Positions 1 to 9,699 of a stretch of DNA of 37,242 nucleotides are shown one piece after another (within the stretch, counting starts at the first letter, position 1; each line of letters opens with the position of its first letter). The DNA is taken from positions 1 through 37,242 of the forward strand of contig CAZDMH010000034.1 in NCBI GenBank assembly GCA_964506755.1, in the 5' to 3' direction. The notes below the pieces were generated by a model. That model was not told the DNA's origin. It saw only the letters and a program-made list of their open reading frames with translations, and did not search any database. The DNA is from an uncultured Spirochaetales bacterium. Lineage in GTDB: Bacteria > Spirochaetota > Spirochaetia > DAHUYW01. A program made the translations under genes and the position numbers.

Positions 1-785
1 TTCACCGCACCGGTGAGGCCCGCATTGACGACTGCATGGTAGGCGCCCTGTGCGCTGTAAAGGTTCGTTCCAAAGACACCTGCGAGGTGCGGATATTTCT
101 GCAGGATGGCCGATGCCTGCTGCTCGGCCTTCTGCTGGACGTCGAGGTTGTAGTCGACCCCGACGAGCTTGATGTTCGGGTATTCAGAGATACCCTGCTT
201 GAATCCCTTGATGCGACCGTTGACCGAGGAGACGTCCGGGTTGGTCGAGTTGATGTAGACTTCGCCTTTCCCACCGATCAACTTGGCCAAATCCTCTCCC
301 ACCAACTTGCCTCCCGCCACGTTATCCGACCCGATGTAGGCGAGGGGGAAGGAGTAGTCGCTTTGCTTCGAGTAGTCGCCGTCGCCGAGGAAGGTATCGA
401 CGGTTATGATCTCGATGCCGGAATCGTAGAGCTTCTTGAGGGGAGCGATGAGGGCCGGGCCAGTTGAGGTCGGCGCAATGAAAACCATGTCGATGTTGCC
501 GCGAGCGACCGTCGCCTGCAAAATGGGTACCTGCTGCGAGGGAGACCACGATTTCGGATACTCACCGACGATCAGATTGACACCATATTTCTTGGCGGCC
601 TTCTCGGCGCCTTTCTGCATCGTGTAGTAGAAAGGATCGACGACGCCCGGCATGAAGACGAAGTTGAGTTGCTTCTTGGCGGTCGAGGCGGCCGGCTGCT
701 GCTGCGGTTGACCGCTCGCAAACGCCGATAGACCGCCTGCCAGAAGCAGTACGACGGAAAAGAGAATCAACAAACTCTTTTTCAT
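1..785 (-). CDS. Sugar ABC transporter periplasmic substrate-binding protein (ribose/xylose-type PBP); 5'-partial, continues beyond the window start
   Basis: The minus-strand frame is open from ATG 785 to the window edge with no in-window stop, which is why it is missing from the ORF track. The N-terminus MKKSLLILFSVVLLLAGGLSAFA is a signal peptide. The body (FVFMPGVVDPFYYTMQKGAEKAAKKYGVNL...GSDNVAGGKLVGE...VNGRIKGFKQGI) matches the Peripla_BP_4 ribose-binding-protein fold. An AGGAGG RBS (reverse complement of 790-795) lies 5 nt upstream of the ATG. Confidence 0.8.
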   Translation of the reverse strand, partial: MKKSLLILFSVVLLLAGGLSAFASGQPQQQPAASTAKKQLNFVFMPGVVDPFYYTMQKGAEKAAKKYGVNLIVGEYPKSWSPSQQVPILQATVARGNIDMVFIAPTSTGPALIAPLKKLYDSGIEIITVDTFLGDGDYSKQSDYSFPLAYIGSDNVAGGKLVGEDLAKLIGGKGEVYINSTNPDVSSVNGRIKGFKQGISEYPNIKLVGVDYNLDVQQKAEQQASAILQKYPHLAGVFGTNLYSAQGAYHAVVNAGLTGAV

Positions 786-1015
786 AATTCCTCCTGAGTG
801 GTCGGTACACACTTTGCTGTATCCCCCCACGGGGGCGTCGAGCGGTGTCCGACGCGCTCAAATGTTGAATAGCGTTAACGAACATCATGAACCGGGTCAT
901 TCAGGGCTGTCAACTGAAAAATCTCCAAAGTACGGTCAAACAACCAGATCGCGAGGTGAAGGGTAGAATTACCGTCGAATGGACCAAGATACTGGTCGGA
1001 ATTGTTGGTCAAAAG

Positions 1016-1024
1016 TGATATAAT
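1016..1024 (+). promoter_or_regulatory. Extended -10 promoter element TGaTATAAT. It sits 6 nt upstream of the ATG at 1031, implying a leaderless or near-leaderless transcript.
   Basis: TGATATAAT at 1016-1024 is a perfect extended -10. No convincing -35 is present, and none is needed with an extended -10. The distance to the start codon is only 6 nt. Confidence 0.35.
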
Positions 1025-1030
1025 AGCGGT

Positions 1031-1771
1031 ATGAAGACGGAAACACGAAGACATTCTAGGTTGACAGGGTATCTCCTCGTTCCGCTGCTTCTTGCGGGGG
1101 TACTGATCATTGCCTCATGCGCCACGACTCCGAAGCCTACACCTGAGCCGACTCCGACTCCGCAGCCGACTCCTCAGCCTCAGCCGACTCCTCAGGTCCC
1201 GGCTCCGACTGCCGAGTTGCAGAAGGCGAAGAGTATGAAGCAACAGATCGACCAGTACCAGTTGGGACCTCTCGTGCCCGACGCCTATAAGCAGGGCAGT
1301 GAGGAGCTTGCGGCTGGGGAAAATGCCATGGGCACCGACAATGCTACGGCGAAGACCAAGCTTGATGCCGCGATTGCAGACTTCCAGAAGGTCATCGACA
1401 CCGGCGTCCCCATCGGTCTGAAGAGAGAGGCAGATCGAGTGGCTCAAGCGAAGAGCGCAGCCGATGCCGCGAAAGCGGACAAGGCGGCTCCAGACCTGTA
1501 TCAGCAAGCTGAGCAATTGCAGCAGCAGGCGGAGGCGAAGCAGAAGGCAAACTCGCCGGCGGAGGCGTACGCACTCTACCAGCAGGCAGCCGACACCTAC
1601 GCCAAGGCGGAAGCCGCAGCAAAGCAGAGGCGTACTGAGGCGGAGGCCGCCCTTAAACAGGCCGACGCCCAACTCGGTCAAGCGAAGAGCCAGGTGGAGA
1701 CCATTCAGAAGAACCTCGAGTCATCGACCTCTGGTCAGAACGGCGGCTCGACGAGTGGGGGAGGCCAATAG
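1031..1771 (+). CDS. Lipoprotein with a Pro/Thr-rich linker and Ala/Lys/Gln-rich helical repeats (DUF4398-like)
   Basis: The N-terminus MKTETRRHSRLTGYLLVPLLLAGVLIIASC is a lipoprotein signal with the lipobox IASC. A (PTPEPTPTPQPTPQPQPTPQ) linker follows. The remainder is A/K/Q-rich and resembles DUF4398 lipoproteins. Its stop codon TAG directly abuts the next ATG (TAGATG). Confidence 0.7.
   Translation: MKTETRRHSRLTGYLLVPLLLAGVLIIASCATTPKPTPEPTPTPQPTPQPQPTPQVPAPTAELQKAKSMKQQIDQYQLGPLVPDAYKQGSEELAAGENAMGTDNATAKTKLDAAIADFQKVIDTGVPIGLKREADRVAQAKSAADAAKADKAAPDLYQQAEQLQQQAEAKQKANSPAEAYALYQQAADTYAKAEAAAKQRRTEAEAALKQADAQLGQAKSQVETIQKNLESSTSGQNGGSTSGGGQ
1139..1212 (+). repeat. Short tandem ccgactcc(n)cag repeats encoding the PTPQ low-complexity linker
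   Basis: ccgactccgactccgcagccgactcctcagcctcagccgactcctcag is visible in the sequence. Confidence 0.6.
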
Positions 1772-2509
1772 ATGATCAAGCGAATCGTACCTACAATATT
1801 CGTACTTTTCACTGTTCTCGCAGGGATCGTCCAGGCCCAAAATCTTCTCGACAACGAGGCCTACAGGAAGGCGGTCGATCTTCGCAACCAGGCTCAAACG
1901 GCTTTCGATGCCGGAGAGTACGACAAGGCCAAACAGCTTTCCCAAGAGTCGGAGGTGTATGCGAAGAAGGCGGTCGAGTTGGCTCAGCAGCTTGCACTCG
2001 GCTATAGGGCGACCAACCTACTCAATATAGCCAAGGCCCGCATCCAGTACGGTGAGACGATCAAGGCCGCGTCGCGCTACCCGGCTGCCTGGAGCACAGC
2101 ACAGCAGCAGGTATCAGTGGCCCAGAGTGAGTACGACGCAAAGGCTTATCAGAAGAGCATGACGGCGTCTCAGGCGGTCATCGACGCCCTCAAGAACATA
2201 CAGCCGCCGGTCGAGGCCAAGACCCCGCCACCGCAACCCGCACCGGCTAAGAAGGCGCTTCCGGAATACTACACGGTGCGACTCATCCCGAATCGACGTG
2301 ACTGTTTCTGGAGAATTGCGGCCTATCCGTTTGTCTATGGAAATCCGCTGAAATGGCCGATTCTCTACCAGGCGAACAAGGACAAGCTTCAGGATCCGAA
2401 CAATCCGAACCTCATCCAGCCGGGAATGGTCTTCACGATACCGTCGATTAACGGGGAAAAGAGACAGGGGACCTACCAGCCGGACAGCTCGAGCGGCTCG
2501 GGGAGTTGA
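1772..2509 (+). CDS. Secreted LysM-domain peptidoglycan-binding protein with an N-terminal DUF4398-like helical region
   Basis: The signal peptide is MIKRIVPTIFVLFTVLAGIVQA. The C-terminus YYTVRLIPNRRDCFWRIAAYPFVYGNPLKWPILYQANKDKLQDPNNPNLIQPGMVFTIP is a clear LysM motif. It is co-transcribed with the upstream lipoprotein gene. Confidence 0.8.
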   Translation: MIKRIVPTIFVLFTVLAGIVQAQNLLDNEAYRKAVDLRNQAQTAFDAGEYDKAKQLSQESEVYAKKAVELAQQLALGYRATNLLNIAKARIQYGETIKAASRYPAAWSTAQQQVSVAQSEYDAKAYQKSMTASQAVIDALKNIQPPVEAKTPPPQPAPAKKALPEYYTVRLIPNRRDCFWRIAAYPFVYGNPLKWPILYQANKDKLQDPNNPNLIQPGMVFTIPSINGEKRQGTYQPDSSSGSGS

Positions 2510-2527
2510 GCCGGAGAGAATAGCATC

Positions 2528-2548
2528 GCGCTCGATGTGGTCGAGCGC
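2528..2548 (+). terminator. GC hairpin (8-bp stem, 5-nt loop) with no U-tract. Possible RNA-stabilising or attenuating hairpin 19 nt after the LysM stop codon.
   Basis: gcgctcga-tgtgg-tcgagcgc is a perfect inverted repeat. Confidence 0.3.
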
Positions 2549-2582
2549 TTCACAACGGGATTGTGCTTCCATTCGGCCGCGC

Positions 2583-2613
2583 ATTGCGCGGCGGGGGCGC
2601 AATCCTTTTTTTT
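2583..2613 (+). terminator. Rho-independent terminator
   Basis: Stem attgcgc / gcgcaat with loop ggcgggg, followed by cc and a run of 8 T. The outer pairing gccgcgc/gcgcggc can extend the stem. Confidence 0.8.
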
Positions 2614-2715
2614 CGCCTGGATAGTTGATTCGAGAAATTCTGTTACCCGCAGCTCCATAAGGAGTTTTAACGGTATATCCGAAGCGTTCGGAAATTGCTA
2701 TATAAGGATGTAAAT

Positions 2716-3321
2716 ATGTTTAAGTATCTTGCGGCGCCACTTCTGCTCATTCTGAGTCTGTCGGCATGCCAGACAACGATGAGCCGGCAGAAACCGGAGG
2801 GTCTCATGAAGTACGGCTATCCGCACGTCTTGAAGGTTGTCAATTTCAAACCGGGGCACGCGGTGAGCGTCAAAGTGCCTGATGCCTATACAATGGGAAA
2901 ACCCTATGGATATGAGACGATCAGCATTCCGGCAGATGCTTTCACCATGCCTGTGAAGTTCGAAATCCTTGCGGGAACCAACAGCGCCTGGGACAAGGAG
3001 GTTCCGTCGAAACTCAAGGTAGTCGCCAACTTTGCCTATCTGGTGATCGATCCGGCCACCGGAGCCATCGTCAAGAAGTTCAACAAGCCGGCCATGTATT
3101 CGGTTACGGACTCGATGATAACCAAGGATAGCATCTATTGGGCAACCACCGCAGCCAATCCGCCGAAGCTGATAAATGCGAACAAGGCGAGCAGGATAAA
3201 CGGTACGACATTGTCGCATGCCACCCCGGTTGCCGCCGTGGGCTGGATCATCACGACTCCGAAATCGGAGATTTCGATGAACGGCTCGTCGTCCGGTGGG
3301 ATGGGCAAGAGTGGTTACTGA
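2716..3321 (+). CDS. Hypothetical lipoprotein
   Basis: The start MFKYLAAPLLLILSLSAC contains the lipobox LSAC. The ATG at 2716 is preceded by AAGGA at 2704-2708. The ORF-track start at 2695 is a TTG, which is less likely. There are no recognisable catalytic motifs. Confidence 0.65.
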   Translation: MFKYLAAPLLLILSLSACQTTMSRQKPEGLMKYGYPHVLKVVNFKPGHAVSVKVPDAYTMGKPYGYETISIPADAFTMPVKFEILAGTNSAWDKEVPSKLKVVANFAYLVIDPATGAIVKKFNKPAMYSVTDSMITKDSIYWATTAANPPKLINANKASRINGTTLSHATPVAAVGWIITTPKSEISMNGSSSGGMGKSGY

Positions 3322-3710
3322 GGGATCGTCTTAGCCTCGGTTACCCGCAGGATTCTCGAGGCATAGGGTATTCCCTCGACGTTCAGTATGAGTGTGTGCG
3401 GGCCGGGTTTGGGAAACACCAGATTGACGACGGGCACAACGACCTCGATGTCGTTTTCCTGTTGCTCGTGGACCTTCAACTCACCCCCGAGCGAGAGGAG
3501 GACCGTCTGGCTCTCGTCATGAACCAGGTTGATGGAGAACTGGTTTTCTCCGCGCAGGTTCGCGAGGCCCGCATATATAAACCAATGAGTAGGAATTGAC
3601 GGGAAGAGGGGAAAGTGAAAACCGCTGAAGACGCCGATCAACCCCTTCTTCCCGTTGTTTTCGGTTATTATCCGGTCTGCGCATAGCAGCGCAAAGCATA
3701 CTCCTCCCAT
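3315..3710 (-). CDS. Hypothetical 131-aa protein of unknown family, translationally coupled to the upstream trxB-like gene
   Basis: Its ATG is 3 nt after the TAG of the preceding gene. A GGGAG sits 9 nt upstream, inside the trxB-like 3' end. Third-position codon usage is GC-rich, like its neighbours. I recognise no motif (…IITENNGKKGLIGVFSGFHFPLFP…NLVFPKPGPHTLILNVEGIPY…). Confidence 0.5.
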   Translation of the reverse strand: MGGVCFALLCADRIITENNGKKGLIGVFSGFHFPLFPSIPTHWFIYAGLANLRGENQFSINLVHDESQTVLLSLGGELKVHEQQENDIEVVVPVVNLVFPKPGPHTLILNVEGIPYASRILRVTEAKTIPQ

Positions 3711-3713
3711 CTT

Positions 3714-4697
3714 CTACCGCTCCCACTCGTCTTGGAGTGCCCACCCGAGATTACGCATCTCCTGGCCCGTCAGCTGCTTGAACACACTCAAGGACGCGGT
3801 TGCGCCTTCGCCGATCGACTTCGATATCTGCCAGGGTTCCCCGGTCACGTCACCTGCTGCGAACACGCCGGATACGTTCGTTGCACCGTGACGGTCGATT
3901 CGAATGAACCCATCTTCATCAAGCCCTACGCCGATGCCCTCGTAGAGCTCTGTGCCGGAGCTTCGTTTCGTGAAGAAGACCCCGTCGACATCGATCTCAC
4001 TTCCGTTCACGACGACCGCTTCGAGTGAATCGCCACCCATGAGCTCTTCGATCCTGCCTTCGAGGCAGCTGATGCCGTTCGCCTCGATTATCTCCACCGG
4101 AACCTGCGCTCGGTACTCCTCGGGCACGGGACCGAGATAGAGTACCTCGTTAGAAAGTCGCTTGAGGAGAAATGCGTCGAACGGACTGCCGACGACCATC
4201 ACTCGCTTGCCCCGAAAAAGGGGACCATCGCATTCCGCACAGTAGGAGACACCCCTCCCGAGAAATCGCCGCTCGCCGGCAACGCCAAACTCCTGCTCGA
4301 GACCCATGAGCTGGAGCCCGGTAGCAATGATGAGAGTCTTCGGTCGGTATTCGGAGCGCAGCGTACGTATCAGAAGGCGGCGTTCCTCCCCAAGCGGATC
4401 TCCGAGCTCGACGTCGATAACCGGTTCGCGAGCATGCAATGAGCCTCCCGCCGCCGAAAGCTGCGCGAGGAGGCTTTCGGCGATCTCGGGCCCGCGTCTG
4501 CCGGTGACACCGGGAAGGTTCTCGACGGTCTTCGCGAGATTCATAAGCCCGCCGCCGTCTTCGGCATCGAAGATCAGGTAGTTGATGTCGAGAAGGGAGG
4601 CATAGAGCGCCGCCGAGAGGCCGGCAGCACCGCCCCCTGCGATGACCAGCTCGAGCTCATCGACATCGCGGTGTTCGAGGCCGTAGAAGCCCGTCAT
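3714..4697 (-). CDS. Thioredoxin-reductase-like FAD-dependent disulfide oxidoreductase with a degenerate NAD(P)H-binding motif
   Basis: VIAGGGAAGLSAALYA is the FAD-binding GxGxxG. YCAECDG is the redox CxxC and FAAGDV is the FAD C-terminal motif. Where TrxR has VIGGGNTAVEEA…HRRD, this protein has VVGSPFDAFLLK…LGPVPEE. Its ATG overlaps the rSAM stop codon (ATGA). Confidence 0.85.
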   Translation of the reverse strand: MTGFYGLEHRDVDELELVIAGGGAAGLSAALYASLLDINYLIFDAEDGGGLMNLAKTVENLPGVTGRRGPEIAESLLAQLSAAGGSLHAREPVIDVELGDPLGEERRLLIRTLRSEYRPKTLIIATGLQLMGLEQEFGVAGERRFLGRGVSYCAECDGPLFRGKRVMVVGSPFDAFLLKRLSNEVLYLGPVPEEYRAQVPVEIIEANGISCLEGRIEELMGGDSLEAVVVNGSEIDVDGVFFTKRSSGTELYEGIGVGLDEDGFIRIDRHGATNVSGVFAAGDVTGEPWQISKSIGEGATASLSVFKQLTGQEMRNLGWALQDEWER

Positions 4698-5758
4698 AGA
4701 ACGTACTGCGGATAGGGAGTGGTATGATGACGGAACGGCACGTCCGGGCCCCGATAACCGGAAATTTCATGGCCGCAGCGGTCGCATCTTCCTCTCACGA
4801 TGTGGTTCTCTCCGACACCGAACCCGATTCGGTCTATGAGCGTCTGCCCGCACCCGGGACAAATGGTGTTCTGCCCCGGGTGGCCGGGTACGTTGCCCAC
4901 ATAGATATACTGCAGGCCATTGGTCGCACCGATTCGTTTCGCACGTTCGAGCGTGGAGGCGGGAGTCGGTGGCTCGGTCACCTTGTGATAGGGATGATAC
5001 GCAGTGACGTGCCAGGGGGTGTGTGCTCCGAGGTTGCGGGTGATCCACTTCGACAGTCCGTCGAACTGCTCGTCGTTGTCGTTCCAGTTGGGAATCACGT
5101 TCGTGATCACCTCGATGTGAGCTCCGGCTTCGTGTGCGATGAGACCGTTCTCGAGGACATTCGCGAGAACCCGATTCCCCGTGAGACGCTCGTAGAAATC
5201 CTCTGTGAAGCCTTTGACGTCGAGCCGGTAGGCATCGACATAGTTGAGTAGGGCTTTCAACGGCGGAGGGTTGATCATCCCGGAGGTGACGAGCACTGTG
5301 AGTATACCCTCCCTGCGCGCAAGCTTGGCGGTCTCGAGGATGTATTCGAACCAGATGCTTGGCTCGTTGTAGGTCCACGCGAGCGCGGCGCAGCCGCGAC
5401 GTTTGACCATTGCGACGAGCTCGTCGGGCGGTAGCTCGCGGAGGCCTTCGCCGGTCTCGTCTGCCCCGTGGTGAGAGATCTCCCAGTTCTGGCAGTGCTT
5501 GCAGCGCATGTTGCAGCCGAACGTGCCGATTGAGAAGGTCGGTGAGCCGGGATAGAAATGGTAGAGGGGCTTCTTTTCTATCGGGTCGATGGCGATTGAA
5601 GCGACCCGTCCGTAGGTGAGGGCGAACAGCGTCCCGTCACGGTTTTTGCGGACTCCGCAGTATCCGGTCCTGCCGTCCGGTATCACGCAGTTATGAGGGC
5701 ACAGATGGCATTGGACCAACTTGTGACCGATACGCTCATAGAGCATCGCTTCTCTCAT
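4694..5758 (-). CDS. AmmeMemoRadiSam-system-type radical SAM enzyme (PflA-like activase family)
   Basis: The N-terminus CHLCPHNCVIPDGRTGYCGVRKN…DPIEKKPLYHFYPG and the radical SAM motif GCNMRCKHC (CxxxCxxC) match this family. A second Cys cluster lies at the C-terminus (CPGCG…CDRCGH). An AGGACAGG RBS is 8 nt upstream. Confidence 0.85.
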   Translation of the reverse strand: MREAMLYERIGHKLVQCHLCPHNCVIPDGRTGYCGVRKNRDGTLFALTYGRVASIAIDPIEKKPLYHFYPGSPTFSIGTFGCNMRCKHCQNWEISHHGADETGEGLRELPPDELVAMVKRRGCAALAWTYNEPSIWFEYILETAKLARREGILTVLVTSGMINPPPLKALLNYVDAYRLDVKGFTEDFYERLTGNRVLANVLENGLIAHEAGAHIEVITNVIPNWNDNDEQFDGLSKWITRNLGAHTPWHVTAYHPYHKVTEPPTPASTLERAKRIGATNGLQYIYVGNVPGHPGQNTICPGCGQTLIDRIGFGVGENHIVRGRCDRCGHEISGYRGPDVPFRHHTTPYPQYVL

Positions 5759-5803
5759 AACGCCTGTCCTACTCGACTAGTCTAAGTCCTACGGCGTGCG
5801 GTG

Positions 5804-7333
5804 TCAACGAGAGTGTTCTTTCCAACCGCTCCACTCGCGGGTGAGTTCGAGTGTGAGGGTGCGCAGGTGAAGGTATCGCTCGTAGATTTCGTCGTAGGTG
5901 CCAACCGTAGTCGAAACGGGATCGAAGGCCGTATCGGTCGAAACGATCCGCTCGGCCGCCTCATCGAGGGTCTCGTAGGCACCGGCCGCCAAACCGGCCA
6001 ACATTGCAGCACCAAGTGCGCCCGCTTCGGTGACGTTTGACCTCAACACGGGCTTGTTCAGGATGTCGGCGCAGATCTGGCATGCGGCGTCACTTCGGCT
6101 GCCGCCCCCTACCGCGCGAAGTGCATCGAGCGGTATTCCGACCGATTCGAGTTTTTCCACTGTAATGCGGTGTGCAAAGTTGTTGGCTTCGATGATCGCT
6201 TTCAAGATCTCTCCGCGCTTTGAATAGGTCTTGAGTCCCAAGATGATTCCGCTCGAATCTGAAACGAAGTCCGGGGGTCCCATCGGCGCAAAATGGGGCA
6301 GGACCAGAAGCGGTCCGGCCTCTCGCGGGAGCTCTTCGAAGAGTTTGTTGTAGATGTCCTCTCCGCGTTCGCAGGCGCGTCGATGCTCCTCCCCGGCAAA
6401 GGTGTCGCGGTACCACTTCACGATCGAGCCGCCCATATGGTAAATGAAGCTGACATATCTACCCGGCGCAGCATGATGCTCGGTGTTGAGACCGAGCGGA
6501 ATCATCCTATCCGCGTCCGGCCGCTCCGTGTAGATCGGTACGATAGTCGGAAAAGTCCCCATTCCGTACATCGCCGTGCCCGGCTGGAGGCTGCCCGATC
6601 CGAGGGCGTTGGCGCACTGATCGTGAGCTCCGCTCGCTATCAGCGTGCCCTCGGGAAGATTCAGCTCCCCTGCGAGTGAGGGTGCAACCTTGCCGACTAT
6701 CGTGCCGGAGGCCACACAGTCAGGGAGTTTTTCCCTGTCGAGGCCCGCGAACCGGATAAGATCCGCCGACCAGTCCTCGTTTTCGATGTCGAACAGCAAC
6801 ATGCGATTTGCAAGCGAGAAATCGACGGTTGGCTCGGCCCCAAGCATGAACGAGACGAATCCCGACCAATTGAGAAACTTGTAGGTTCGTTCGTAGAGTT
6901 GCGGAGTGTGATCACGCATCCACATCAGCTTGGTGAGGCCGAATTGATTACCGATTGCATTACCGCTTATGGAATAGCAGCGTAGGTCGTCGATCGCGCT
7001 TCTCAAAGCCCCGAGGTACTCGCTTCCACGCGGATCGACGATCAGGATGGACGGACCGACGATACGTCGGTCATGGGTTACCGGAACAACCGCCTCTCCC
7101 ATTGAGGCGACCGAAAGCGCTTGAATTGGATCGCTCGGGGCGGCACCTTGGGCCGCCCGAGCAATTGTAGACTTGATTTTCCCCCAGACCTCTGCGGAAT
7201 CGAGCTCGGCGTGATCGGGCCTCGGGCGACTTACGTCGTATTCCGAGTACGCCGACGACACCGTCGCTCCCGCCTGCGCGAACACGACGGCCTTGCAACC
7301 GGTCGTCCCGACGTCGACCCCCAGGAAGCTCAT
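5804..7333 (-). CDS. FGGY-family carbohydrate kinase (xylulokinase/glycerol-kinase-like)
   Basis: The N-terminal phosphate-1 motif is MSFLGVDVGTTGCKAVVF. The 509-aa two-domain protein ends in …GGGSRSDAACQICADILNKPV… It is co-directional with gap, 33 bp upstream of it, and with the rSAM gene, 45 bp downstream. Confidence 0.85.
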   Translation of the reverse strand: MSFLGVDVGTTGCKAVVFAQAGATVSSAYSEYDVSRPRPDHAELDSAEVWGKIKSTIARAAQGAAPSDPIQALSVASMGEAVVPVTHDRRIVGPSILIVDPRGSEYLGALRSAIDDLRCYSISGNAIGNQFGLTKLMWMRDHTPQLYERTYKFLNWSGFVSFMLGAEPTVDFSLANRMLLFDIENEDWSADLIRFAGLDREKLPDCVASGTIVGKVAPSLAGELNLPEGTLIASGAHDQCANALGSGSLQPGTAMYGMGTFPTIVPIYTERPDADRMIPLGLNTEHHAAPGRYVSFIYHMGGSIVKWYRDTFAGEEHRRACERGEDIYNKLFEELPREAGPLLVLPHFAPMGPPDFVSDSSGIILGLKTYSKRGEILKAIIEANNFAHRITVEKLESVGIPLDALRAVGGGSRSDAACQICADILNKPVLRSNVTEAGALGAAMLAGLAAGAYETLDEAAERIVSTDTAFDPVSTTVGTYDEIYERYLHLRTLTLELTREWSGWKEHSR

Positions 7334-7366
7334 CCGTCTTCTCCGCGCGGCCCAGGCTCAGGAAGC

Positions 7367-8957
<1,591 letters not shown>

Positions 8958-9000
8958 GCTATGCAACCGGCTCACTATAGCACGAACCGTCGACGGAACG

Positions 9001-9603
9001 CTACGCAGCGGAGGAAGAGACTATGATGCGCCGGTCGGTCGCTACCCACCCGACGAGACGATCGTCTGGACCCGTGGGAACTCTCTCAATCAGCTGGAAA
9101 TCGTAGCAAATGCCAATCGACGCGGCCTTCGGGCGACGTTCGAGGAGGCGGTCGTAGAATCCGCCTCCCCGGCCGAGCCGCTTTCCGGTTCGTTCGAACG
9201 CAAGGCCGGGAACCAGGATGAGGAGCCCGAGGTCCACCCTCGGATCAAGCACCGGGAGGTCGGGCGGAGGCTCTCTGATACCGAAGCGGTTCTTTGAGCG
9301 AATCTCCTCCAGGCGCTCGACCCGATGAAAAACGAGATCGGCTCCCTCAATCCGAGGCAGACCGAGAGCGATCTCCCTGTCCAGAATCAATCGATGAATA
9401 GGGCTCGTGTCTACCTCGCTCGCGAGGGAGAAGAAAGAGAATACGGCGGTGAACCTGCTCCACTCCTCCCAGCCCTCCAGGCGTCGAGCGAGGTCGTGGC
9501 TCATCTCCTCGCGCAGGCGGGGCGCGAGTCCCGAGATCTGCTTCTTCACGTGGTCGCGAAGCTCGTTCTTTTGTCGTCGGAGCTCGGAGGCGTCCATTCG
9601 CAT
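9001..9603 (-). CDS. 5-formyltetrahydrofolate cyclo-ligase (MTHFS family)
   Basis: MRMDASELRRQKNELR…FSFFSLASEVDTSPI…GKRLGRGGGFYDRLL…GICYDFQLIE matches the family pattern. The ORF-track 370-aa version extends over the divergent amidohydrolase gene and is rejected. Confidence 0.75.
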   Translation of the reverse strand: MRMDASELRRQKNELRDHVKKQISGLAPRLREEMSHDLARRLEGWEEWSRFTAVFSFFSLASEVDTSPIHRLILDREIALGLPRIEGADLVFHRVERLEEIRSKNRFGIREPPPDLPVLDPRVDLGLLILVPGLAFERTGKRLGRGGGFYDRLLERRPKAASIGICYDFQLIERVPTGPDDRLVGWVATDRRIIVSSSAA

Positions 9604-9699
9604 GAATGATACCAAAGCAGCTCTTCCTGGAACAGGGTGAGTCGCGCAGGATGGATCATTCGGTCGATCCTGATTATCCTTGTGCTGCAAGGGGACAGT

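Noticed and set aside
870-900. Partial palindrome around CGTTAACG upstream of the sugar-binding protein gene as a LacI-type operator
   Set aside because: Symmetry is poor outside the 8-bp core (about 4/8 in the arms). The centre is TTAA rather than the CG typical of LacI-family operators.
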